From: Raillietiella orientalis
Lineage: Eukaryota
NCBI GenBank assembly: GCA_036172245.1
Contig: JAYWIR010000048.1
Span: 1,240,001 to 1,304,000 of the forward strand
Direction: 5' to 3'
DNA: 64,000 nt
Position 1 is the stretch's first letter, and the number at the start of each line of letters is the position of its first letter. The notes under the pieces were generated by a model. It saw nothing but the letters and a program-made list of their open reading frames with translations. It ran no database searches and was not told where the DNA came from. Below, one piece after another: positions 24,301 through 36,033 of this stretch. The position numbers and the translations under genes were made by a program.

Positions 24301-27300
24301 CGGACCGACGTTTCCGCTAACGTCATCGGACGGGCACCAGGGGACCGGCCTGCCGGAAGACCGTGCCCCGCTTTCCGGGAACGCCTGGGGACGGGTTGCG
24401 TGCAGAAGACGAGAAGAGGAGGAGGAGGGACGCGTGCGGATGTGGGCAGGGCACGCGTGGGGATGGTGGGCAAGCACTGCGTGCGTCTCTCGGAAGAGAC
24501 TGAGGGACGAATCTGCCGGGAGACTTCACCATCCGGAAGTGGGGCGGCCGGCCGGGCGTCACGGAGACTCACGAAGACCCTGTTCCAGCCCAAGGCGCGC
24601 CGTCCAAGAGCATCTCGAAGAAGCACCTTCCGGATGCTGTCTCCTCCGACGCTTCCAAGGCAACGTGCTACAACTTCACCGAAGGCAACAAGAAATCCCT
24701 GGAGTTTTACTCGCCCGACTACCCCAACCGTTACCCCAGCAACGCCAACTGCGTCCTGAGGCTGGAAGGTACGTGGCCGTCCACCTGCTCGGCGCGGTTC
24801 TCGGCTGCCCCCCCCGTCCCCCGCAAGAGCCGCGCCGGTCCAGCGATCAGGCGGACCTCCGCGAGACCCAGGAGGCGGGGATGCCTTCCGGGCTTGCGGG
24901 GCCTCCATGGACTTTTCCCTCTGGACGTTCCCCCCCCCTCCCTCCCCTTCCCCCCTTTCGATGCCTTGGGATGTCTCTCGCCAAGTATCACTGGACGCTC
25001 CTCGGACTCCTATGCATGTCCTGCTCGGTGACCCCGCCGCCTGACCTTCCGTCCCAACATCGCCACGCGCGCCACCGGTTTCCGACGACCCTGCCACCTG
25101 ACTTCCGGCCCGCGTGCACCACCCGTGCTCAGTGACCCTGCCTCCTGACTTTCCGACCCACGCGCGCGCCACCGGTGCCTGGAGACCCTGCCACCTGATC
25201 TCCCGTTCCATGCGCTCCCCCCCAGCGCTCAGTGACCCCCACGCCTGAAATCTCGGCCCACGCGCGCGCTACCGGTGCCCGGAAACCCTTCTGTTTGATC
25301 TCCCGTCCCTACACCGCCGCGCGCATGGCTCGCTTGTTGTCTCGGGCGCTCAGAGCAAGGCCGGCACTTCCCTCCGGGGGGGCGCGCTGCGGCGGCCACC
25401 GCGGAGGGCGCGCGGCGCTGACGTCGCTCTCTGTTCCAGCCGAATTCGGCTACGTAATCAGGATTTTTTTCCTGGATGCGTTCCACATAGAGTCGAGCCC
25501 GAGATGTGAGTACGACTATTTAGAGATCCGCGACGGGGCTTTCGGCTATTCCCCCCTGTTAGGGCGGTTCTGTGGACAGAAATTCCCTCCCCTCATCACA
25601 TCCTCGGACAGGTACCTGTGGTTCCGCTTCAAGTCGGACGGCACCATCGAGTACCGAGGGTTCAAGGCCGCCTACAGGTTCAGCCGCAATGCCGGTAAGC
25701 AGTGACTCCCGCTCGCGGCGCCTCTGGTGGTGTCGGTGGGAAGGAAGGGGGGGGGGGAAGAAGGAGAGGAAGGCAGAACAGGAGAAGGAGGGTGGGTGAA
25801 GGGGGTTGCACCTGCTTCCAGGGGGGACCGGGGGGGGGAGAAGTGGAGTACCCTTTCCTCGCTCCCGGGCGGACTGTGAAAGAAAAGGATAGCCTTCGTC
25901 CAGCCGTCACCGGCTGCCTTCTTGGATGCACCAGTAGGAAAAGGACTCGCTGGATGCGACATCCTCCCGCCCGTCCCTCCTCGTTTTTTTCGCCACTCCC
26001 ATGCTCCCCTTCCAGGGGAAGCTAAGCTTCCCCTCCCTTTGAAGCTCTGGAGCCTGGGGGAAACGGAAGGGCATCAGGAAAGCCCCCTCTGCTGGAGACC
26101 GCAGGACTTTCTCTCAGGACGCCACTGCCGGCGGGGGCTGGAGGACGCAGCTGCCTGGACGCACCCTGTATCCTTCCCCAGTGGGAGAGGGGTCATGGGA
26201 GGGCGGGGGGAGGAGCCGCAGCTGACGCTGACTTCGCTGCCGCTACCCTGCCGGTCGTCCGCAGTGCTCGACCGTCCGGAGATCCCGGCCTGCCACTTCC
26301 TGATGGAGGACCACCAGGGCGTCCTGTCCTCTTCCAACATCAGTCGCGAGGTCATCGACTTCTCCTCCAGGTGGAACACATCCGTCGACTGCATCTGGGA
26401 GGTCCGCGGCAGCCGAAAGACCATGGTAGGTTGGTTGCCATGAGCCCCAGGGAAAAAGAGGGGGAAGCGCTTCCCGTCTGGGATCACTGCTCTGGAGGGG
26501 AGGGTCAGAGCCACATCAACGGCGGGAAAAGGATTAGACGTGAGTGGGAGGGTAGGAGGGACAAAAACCCCCATGGACGGCAGAGGCTCGTGCGTTTTCG
26601 CCCGGCTCCGGAGGTGGCACAGACCTAGCGAGAGAGGATGCACACGCCCCTTCGGCCTCTTCCACAGGGAGGAAGGGGAGTGGGGGTTCCCTCCCATGCG
26701 CCGAAGAGCCGGCGGCCACTCAGACTGGGGGAAGGAGGAGGAAGGGAGGAGGAGGAGCAAGAAAAGAGGGAGAGGGGAGAAAGAGGAGGAGGAGAGGAAA
26801 AGGAGGAAAGGGGTCTAGGGAGGAGGAGGAGGAAGAAGAAAAGAGGAGAAAGGAAAACATTTTCTTCTTGATTTTCCTCCCACTCCTCTTCGACAGACGC
26901 GCCTTCACTCCGAGACGCGGTCCGCTGGTCGCGAGGCCACTCGTGGATGCGTCTCCGGCTCTCCTAGACGTCCCAGGAGGTGAGAGGCCAATCCCAGAGG
27001 CGGAGGCGTTCTTGCGGAAGCGTGTGAGCAGTCTCCGCGCCGGACTTGCGGCGGGCGCGCCTTCTTCCCGGAGAGGACTCGCGAAGGATGTGAAGGTCAC
27101 TCCCTTCTCATCCCCCGAGGACCGGCTCCTGGAGCCTGCGCGATATCGGAGTCTGGATCTTCCTCTTCCTCTTCTTCGGATGTCTCATTCTCGACATCTT
27201 ACGGAACCGATAAGGCGGCTGACACATCCGGAAGAACCTCGAGTCTCACGGTGGCGGGGAGATGCGGATGCTGGGCACTGAGAGAGGAGGAGGGAGCCGT

Positions 27301-29602
27301 TGCTGAGAGGGAGCCATTGCGAGTGCGGATGCCCGTCAGCAGTCCACGGAGATCAGGATCAGCTTCCGTCCCTCCTCAGGCATTTCAATGGCAGAGTGAC
27401 CGTGAGAAAGGACGCCTCCACGCAACGGAGGGCACTCCAATCAGAGGCCCAGGTGCGTCCGGCCCCGAGAGCGTGTTCGGACTCCCGCCGCACGGAGCGA
27501 CAGGGCTCCAAGGAGAAAGGGGGAGGAGTAAAAGAGGGGAAGAGGTAAACCTACTGCCGCTGGAATGCCTGAGGGTGCCTCTCCGCCCGGTCGTGCCAGG
27601 GGACAGGGTCGCACACTGAAGGCAGGGGAACGACACACGCCCAACGCGCTCGGTTCTTCTCCTGCCCCTGCCCTTGCTTTCGTGACCGGGAGGCTCGCGG
27701 ACAGGCCCAGGTTGGTGCTGGGGCTGTTGCGCCCGGTCGGCCGGAGACTCTGCCTGGTCTTCGCGATGGTTGACCTGCATCTGCTTCGCAGTTTCCACCC
27801 TTTAGGTCCATCCGCCGCTCTTCCTCTCCGGCCTTATCTTTCTGGAGAGAGAGGGGCACGGGCGTATCTCTTCTCCTTCCTTTCGTTAGAACCCGAAAAC
27901 ATCCGGACTGCGGAGGTTGAGCAAGCAACAGGGGCCTAGGAAGGAAGAGAAGGTGGAGGAAGAACTCTTCTTCACCTGGGAGATGCGAGGGAATGGCGCT
28001 TCAAGCGAATCATTCGAACATGAGCAAAAAAGAGGGAAGAGGCTGTGCCTCTCCTCCTTTTCCTCTTCCTCTTCCCCTCCTCTCTTCCTCTTTCTCTTCC
28101 TCCTCTCCCTCTTCCTTCTCTTTCTCTCTTCCTCCTCTTCATCTCTTTCCCTTCCTCCTTTTCTTCCTGCTCCTCCTCCTATTTCTCCTCTTCCTCTTCC
28201 TTCTCTCTCCTCTTTCTCCCATCCTTTTCTTTCTCTTCTTTCTCTTTTCCTCTTCCTCATGTTCCTCTCATCCTCCTCCTTCCACTTTCTCTCATCCTTC
28301 CCTCACTCCCATCCCTCTCTTCCTCTCTTCCTTCTGTTCCTCTCATCCTCCTCTTTCTTCCTGCCTCTCTTCATTCCCTCCTCCTGCGCATCTTGGAGCG
28401 GCAAAATTTATCCTGGGGCGCCACAAACGCTTCGGAAGGAAAGGGCTGGCTGCGTGCCTCCTCTCGCACGCCTCGGGGCCGCCTCGGAAGATCGTCCAAA
28501 CCTCCTGGCAGCTAGGAGAGGAGGGGAGTTCCTTGGGAGGCGGGGAAGGGAAGGATTGGTTTCACTTGGGACGAGAGGACTGCTCGGGAGGCAAAGCGGC
28601 CCACCTTCTACCGCAGCCTTTCTCTTTTCGCGAAGCCCCCCCCGCTGTCCGCGGGAGGAAGCTTGGGGTTCCCTCGAGTGCAGCAGCGGAAGCAGCAGCG
28701 CTTCCGGGGAAGACTCAGAGCGTGGCAGGAGGCAGGGGAGAAGACGCGCAGAAAGAGCGACTAGTCTAGCTGTCTTTTGGTCACTTTTCGCGCCGCGGCG
28801 ATGGGTGTGGCCTGCCTCCCCGTGGATGTGCGGGGTAAGAAGGGTCGGCTGCATTCTGGGGATCCAGCGGGAAGGCGGAGGCAGTGGGGTGGAGGGGCGA
28901 GGAGGCGGCCGCCTGGCCTGCTTTCCTGCTCCTCGAGGGTGCGCTCCACCCTTGGGAAGAGGAAGAGGGGTGGAGTGGCGAGGAAGTGCCATCGGGAAGG
29001 CAGATGGGCGACTCCGCTTCGAAAGCATGTCGGAGGGAGAAGGGGAGAGGGGGATGCAGCCGAAAGGACGCGTCGCGCCTGTCGACGAGCTCTCTCTCGC
29101 TGCTGCGGCCAACGCTTGCTTCCAGTCTCCTCCTCCGGGAGTCGGCGTCGGTCCAGCATCGGTTGCGTCTCGCGCGCCTCGCCCCTCCGGAGTGTGCTGC
29201 CCACGTCCTCTGACCTCACCATCCTCCGCCCCGTAGATCTACGTCAACTTCACGGAGTACGAGCTTGCCCGACCGAACGACTGCGAGGTCAACTTCATCG
29301 AGGTCTTCCAGAAGACGACGGACATGCTCCATCGGAAGGTGCAGTACTGCGGAAAGGTGGCGCAGCCCCTGGCCATAGAGGACTACGTCATGTTCGTGCG
29401 CTTCTTCGCGCACACTCATTCCATACAGAAGTCGAACTTCAAAATCATCTACACTTTCTACAGGAAGAAAGCAGGTGGGTGGGTGGGGTCGCGCTCGGAG
29501 GCGGGTGCAGTGCCTCGGTGACGTAGCCTGTTTGTCTTCGACGCCGGTCCCTTCTAGTCTTCAGTACTGCGCGCACATCATGTGATGCAGGCAGTCCATA
29601 CA

Positions 29603-29655
<53 letters not shown>

Positions 29656-32600
29656 GTGCTCTGGATTCCTGGGAAGCATGGCTGCTGCTTGCCTCTCTCT
29701 TCGGGTTTCAAATCCGTTCCTTGTTTGTGAAGATGGTGCGCTTCTTTTCATCTTTCGCCCCACAGGATGAGACCACAGTTCGGATTCTCTGAGTTGGTGC
29801 GGAAACAGACAAGCTGTCTCCCTTGTCCTGGATTCACGCTGACAGCGATTGAAGATGGACCTACAAAAAATAAGAAAGAAAGATAACGCTCCCGAACTCG
29901 TTCGCCATCGGAGGTCTTTCTAAAAAAAAAAAAAAAAAAAAAAACATCTGCAGTGTGGAGACAGACCGAGGATCATAGAGTCCTCGTGGCATGCCTCTCG
30001 TCTGCTTCACACATGTTTTTTGATCGGAGGAGGTGAAGCCTTCACCTTTGTTCTTTCCCACGCCCCACCTGCTTTTTTCAAGCGCCGGCTTCACAAAAAA
30101 TTCATCTCTTCATGCATTTTTTCCCCTCTGAGCCTTCGGAGACATCCAGGAACTGATCACGCACGAGGATGTGTAATTAGACACCGTTCCTGTTGTAAGG
30201 CAGTTTGTATTCTTGGCGACAAATACCCAACTTCTGGAGATAAAGCCTGTTATTTTGTCTTCCTGGATATGGTCGGCAAGGTTTCCTCTATACTAATGTC
30301 TTCGTATCTTCGTGTCTCCTGTAGCCATGTCGTCGCATCTTTCGTGCCGAGCTAGCATCCACAGCAGGCAGTTCTCTTCATTCCCGGAGCTCGCCGTTGT
30401 TTCTCTCCCTCGCTCTCTTTCAACACGTGTATAAGTTACACACATACGTCTCGCAACAGAGGCAGAGAGCGACTTTCTTTGCCTTTTCTGCGAACTCTCA
30501 CACGCTGCCGAACTCTCTTCCCCCTTTTCTGCGCACCGGAAGAAGGCCTTCCTGCTTCACATCCAGACAAACCCAGACCACTTGCGGGTGTGAGTTCTTC
30601 CAGCATCTCATTTCTTCTGGGGATAGAAAGCTGGATTTGGTCGCAGAGCTCGATAGGGAATTCCAAACGGGGGATGTAATTCGTGCTGTTGCGCGCTGGT
30701 GCTCGGTGGTCCTTGCTGTTGGCGAGGAGCTCCGAATCGGGCGGTCCCTGGAGACCACGCCCAGAAATCCGGTCTGGAGCGAAGGTCTGAGGTGCGCGTG
30801 CACGCGCTGACGGAAAAGGGCCGGCGGAGGTGACGCGCAAAAAGTGCGCGAGAACGCGGTGCTTGGAAGCGCAGCTCCTGAAGCTGTCCGAGTCCGGAGA
30901 GTCTTCCTTTCTTCCGTTGTTTGAACCAGAAAAAAGCAAACACGAGAAGGAGGGAACCCCGGAAAGATTCCGAGATCGTCTTCCTTTTCATTCTTCTCTT
31001 CCCTTCTTAAGATCATTGCGAAGAGTTTGGCTTCGACTGCGAAGACGAAACGTGCATCCACGTGAGCCTTCTTTGCAACGGATTCTACAACTGCAAGAAC
31101 CGAAAGGACGAAGAAAAATGCATCGTGAGTGGTCCATGCTTTTTGCTTCCCAAATCTTGCATCCCTTTCAATCGAGGCCGCAGCCTCAATTTACCAACGA
31201 AACTACGGAGAACTACGGATCAGCTTCTCTGATCACTTTCTAAATTTCACGAACGACTTTGGAAATGCTCCATCACTCGCAAAAGACTCATCCAAACATT
31301 CCACAAATCCAATGCACACGGCACAATCTCAGACAAGAACCCAATTCTACCGAGCAAACCTGACGACACGGCCGCCTTCTTTTTTGATATCTGCATCTTA
31401 AATATGTGGTTCCTAAAATAGAATCTGTCTGTAGAGGCCTATTTCTTGGAGGTTTAGCACCAAGATGAATTCCAAAAACGATAAAGCGGCTTCCTAAAAT
31501 GACCGAAAGATGCTGCTCAGCAGGCACACTTCAAATATTGCACCAAGTAGAGAAGGTGCTACTCACATGACATACGTAAATGACCTCTTTGCAATGGAGA
31601 GCTCAGCAAGGATCGAGGCTGCCACGGGGGCAGAGATGTACAGGGCATACCACCGTGAGGTGACGGAAAGCGGGCAGCGACGGCTAGCAGAACCGTCTCC
31701 TCTATCAATCGCAGAAGTCACCCGGGTCATCTCTTGTTTAGGTCACAGCTGTAAATCCGCTATCCTCGATTCTTGCTAGCCACATGCCATCTTAATCCAG
31801 CACCCTGTATGTTTGCGTACCATGCCCTTGTACTCCAAGATGCTCGTGTACGAATTATGACCACAGTGTGGTTTCCGTTATTTCGACGGTACACCTTTCT
31901 TGTCTGATGTCTTCGTTCTTCCTTAATAATGGCTTCGTATCTCCTATAGTAATGTCTCTGTCCTTCCTCAGTAATGCCTCCGTTCTTCCTTACTAATTCC
32001 TTCGTTTCTTCCTTAGTAATGCCCTCGTTATTCCTTAATAATGTCTTCGTGTCTCCTGTAGTAACATCTTCATATCTTCGTGTCACTCATAGTATTATCT
32101 TCGTATTTTCACGTCTCCTATAGTCATGTCTTCGTACTCTTGCGAACCGAAGGCCCCAAAGGAAGCGAATCCTCCGGATTCGTGTCCTTTCGAAATCCGG
32201 AAGCGCGGAGCCGTATCTGGTCAGCATTGCCTGAGAATGACTCCTCGGGCAGTGCCGGCCGGACCTTTTGCGGGCACGTGGTGAACCTGCCTTTTGCAAG
32301 GACGCGCTCTTTGGTAGCAGCAGCGGGTTCCCAGAGTCCACCTCTGCTCCCGCACGGAACCATCCCGTCCCGAACCATCCTGCACGGAACGCGGCGGCAG
32401 TCGCGTGTCGCTGACCTTCCCGGAACAAATAGTTCGCTCCCTTCCGACGCACCCCGGAGGAGGGAATCCCGAAAGGATCGCGTCCTTCCGTGATCAGATT
32501 GCTAGATTTTTCTTGCACAAAGGAGGAGACTCCAGCACTGTCTGTTTCCACGCAGGCCGCCAAGTGGTACGGCATCGACTTCCAGTCGGTCCACATCATC

Positions 32601-35600
32601 GGTATCCTCATCGTGTGCTGTCTCTTGATGGGAGGCATGATCTTCATCTTCTTCTACAACTGCGTCACCAAGCTGCTGGAGGATCACCGCTCCTATCAGG
32701 TGGGCGTGGTCTTTCCGGAAATAAGCAGGGAGGGCATCTCCGGCCCGCGCCTCCTCCGTAGTGTGTGGAGCATCCACGCACGAGAACAATGCCGACGAGT
32801 GCTCAGGGGAGGACGGGTTTTGAGGAAGGGGATGGCTTCGGAGGCTGCTGCCCTCCATTCCCCGGCGAAGAAAACCGCTGCGGAGGTGCCAGCAGCTTCG
32901 TCTGGAGCCATGGGAAGCGCGGCAGCCTTCCATCTCTCGCGAGGATGTGGAGGATTTCGCGAAAGGGCGGGCGGCCTCCTCAGAGGGGCAGTGGCAACCC
33001 TGCGTGCTTCCGCGTCTCCCTCTTTCCGCACCTGCCTCCTCCCGTTCCTTGTCCTTCGAGGGAAGGATTCCCGCCCTGTCGGCTTCTCCCCTCCCCCCAT
33101 CCCCCCCTTTTTCCTCCCAAGAGAGCTTCGGCTCGGCACGCCGAACGCCGTGATGCGTCACGCCCTTAGCACGGAAGGGGGCGCGCGGCCAGCCCGCTCT
33201 TTCAAGCGATCTGATTGGCTGGAGCGGGAGAGGACAGACCCTTCGCTGTACCTGAGGATGCTTCTTGGAAATGTGGGCGCATCGACTCTTCATGGAATAC
33301 TCGTCCAATGGCTTTGGCGGTGGAAGCGCGAGGATTCTGTGGGGACTACCCGCGTGACTGAGACCTTCGTGGAGTAAGAAGCGTTGCGGGTTCGAATCCC
33401 GCCCGGTGGGGGGGAAGGGTCGACTACGGGAAATGGAGGGTGCGCCGCGGGTTTCGAGCCCCCTGCCCCCATTGAGTGGCCGGGATTGCAAGTCCTTGCA
33501 GGAATCAGGGGCCGTCCTCCAGCTGTGCAAGTGGAGCCGCACCATGGAGCAGGTTGGCACCCCTTGCGGGGGAGGGGGAGTTGGCTGCCTCTCCAGAGTG
33601 TGGAGGAGCGAACTGCTCCCCTCGGGGGGGAAGCGCCCTTTAGAGAAGATGCGGGAACGCCCCTTCGGGGGTTCTCTTCAGAGCAGGGAACGTGTAGCGA
33701 TCCCCCATCCGGGAACCCTTGTGGAGAGAACATGGAAGAGTTTCCTCTGGAGCCCTTCCTGGATTCAATGAGGGGTCGCTCCGGGGTCACCTCCTGACCC
33801 TCGGGCGGAATGGACAGCGTCAAGGAGCTTCTCCATCTCCCGCCTGAGGAGGCGCGAGCGGTCCTCCTGCACCCCTAGGGGATCTCCCGTTCCCACCTGA
33901 GCGCAGGACCCGCATGGGGGATTCCCCGGTTCGGCCGGAGCAACCGGCATGGAGAGCAACCGCCGGCGCAGCCGCCTTCGTGGGGGAGCTCCGGCCACCT
34001 CCGTCCTCGTGGAGTGGGCAGTTCCTGAGGAAGGACTCTGGGGAGATGGACCCCTTGACCCCCTCCTCCCCCGGAGGAAGGCCATAGAGGCACCCCTCCC
34101 CCCTTCCTTGCGACACTCCTGGACGCGAGGACTCGCGGCTCCCAACGAACACGGAGGAAGAGGGAGGCGGGGATGGGGGTAAGAAAAAAGTCCCTCCTGA
34201 GTGCACGTTGGCAGGGGAGCGGAGGCCGCAATGTCACGCAGGTAGCGCGTGGAAGTGCAACAATCGAGGCTGCGGGCGGCCGTCCCAGAAGGTGTTGCCA
34301 AGCAACGCGAGGGCTCTCTTCGGGAGGGGTATTCGAAAAGCGCTGAGCTGGGGACGTGGTCACCTGGTTCAGGAAAGAGCCAGGAAGATCTCAGGAGGGA
34401 GGAGGTCGACAGCTCCGTTTCACGACGGCCGCTGGCGGGGACGACCAGCCGGCGGGTGGTGGCTGCGAAGGGAGAAGGGGGGGGGGAGCGATGCTGCTGC
34501 CGCCCATCCGGAACCTCCGAGCCCATCCGGCAGCAGCAGGTGGAGAAGGACAAGAGCACACCTCTTGAGTTCCACGTTCTGGAAGAGAAACCACCTGTTT
34601 CCCCGGGAGACAACCCCAGGAGGTCAAGATGGCGGCGGAACGCTCGCTCCCCTGACCTACCGCACTTCTTCCCTTCGCGGGAGGGTGCGAGCGCCTTCGG
34701 AACCCGAGCTCCCTTCCCACGCTCGAAATCTCAGAAGACGCCAGGAGGGGGGAGGAGGGTAGGAGAGCACAACTGGAGACGCGCCCGAGCGGGACCTCCC
34801 TCCTTCGGAGAAGAATTTCGCCGGGACGCGGGAGGTCTGCTCTCCCGTCTCCCGGGTCCCGCTGAGCGCGCAGGTCGCGCGCAGAGGAAGGAAGACCGGG
34901 AGCCGCCGCCAGGTTGCCCATCGAGTTGCCAGGGAGACTGGAGCCGCTGTCTGTGGGGAAGGGGGGATCAATCGTCGCGCCGCCGGCGATTCGCGGGATG
35001 GAACGGCTGGAAAGCGCCCAGGAGGTTCCACCGGAGCGCAGGGGTTCGCTCCCCAGCGGCCCCCTCACTTCCACGGCGCGCCGTCGCGGTAGGCGGCTCT
35101 GCCGGCTAGGAGGGGGAGGTCCCTCTCCCTCGAGGCAGAGGAGACACCTTCCTGGCACGTAGAAGGAGTCGGGCATCCCGGCGTCCCCCCGTCCTGGTGG
35201 AGAGCAGCGGGAGGGTTGGGCGAGCGGCGCCTTCGGCCGTCTTCCCGTCCGGTCCCTACCCCACCCTTCTTCCGCCGGGGGTGCGCTGCCCTCCTCCGCC
35301 GCCGGTCTCGCTCCAGATAGCCCCTCCTCGGATCGGCTTGGTGGCCGCCGGCTCATCCAGAAGCAGTGGATCCGGGAGCGGTCCTGCCGCTTCCCGCTGC
35401 CCGCGGTCGGCTCCGAGCCTTCGAAGCACCGACCGATCAAAATCCCCAAAGACCACAAGCGAGGCAACCGCGTGCGGCTTCCTTTTCATATGCATACTTA
35501 TTCACATTTGTTAACTCACGTATTATTAACAGTAATATTATCTTCTTAAGATTAAATGGCATACACTTTTTTCAATAGAATTAATAAGTTGCCGATTACA

Positions 35601-35986
35601 TTGCTGATATACACGTATGAAAGATTATAAAAAACAAACACATAGGCCTATCATATGTGTTCGTATGTGTATTTTTAGAAAGATTAATGCATGGATCAAT
35701 ATGTATCATGAAGATTTGGGAAAACATGAAGATTTCGTACGTAAACAAACACATAGGCTTATTGTATACATTCATATATATCGAATGAACACATGAATAC
35801 CGAATTTGTGAAAACAAAAAATAACTGTGACGGAAATAGAGGAAAAAAATAAAATAAAAATGCGAACAAATGGAATAAACCAAAAAGAAGTTTTGACATA
35901 TGAAAATAGCACATATATATCTATGGATGTGTATATATACATATTTTATTTCTAAGTATATGTTTGCATATGGATGTATTGACATT

Positions 35987-36033
<47 letters not shown>

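Noticed and set aside
27917..29236. 439-aa Ser/Leu/Phe-rich ORF
   Set aside because: It is a translation of the CT-rich low-complexity tract inside a Neto intron.
34249..35109. ORF in the last Neto intron as an alternative cytoplasmic exon
   Set aside because: No convincing pyrimidine-rich acceptor in phase, and no coding-like codon bias compared with exon 36661-37398.
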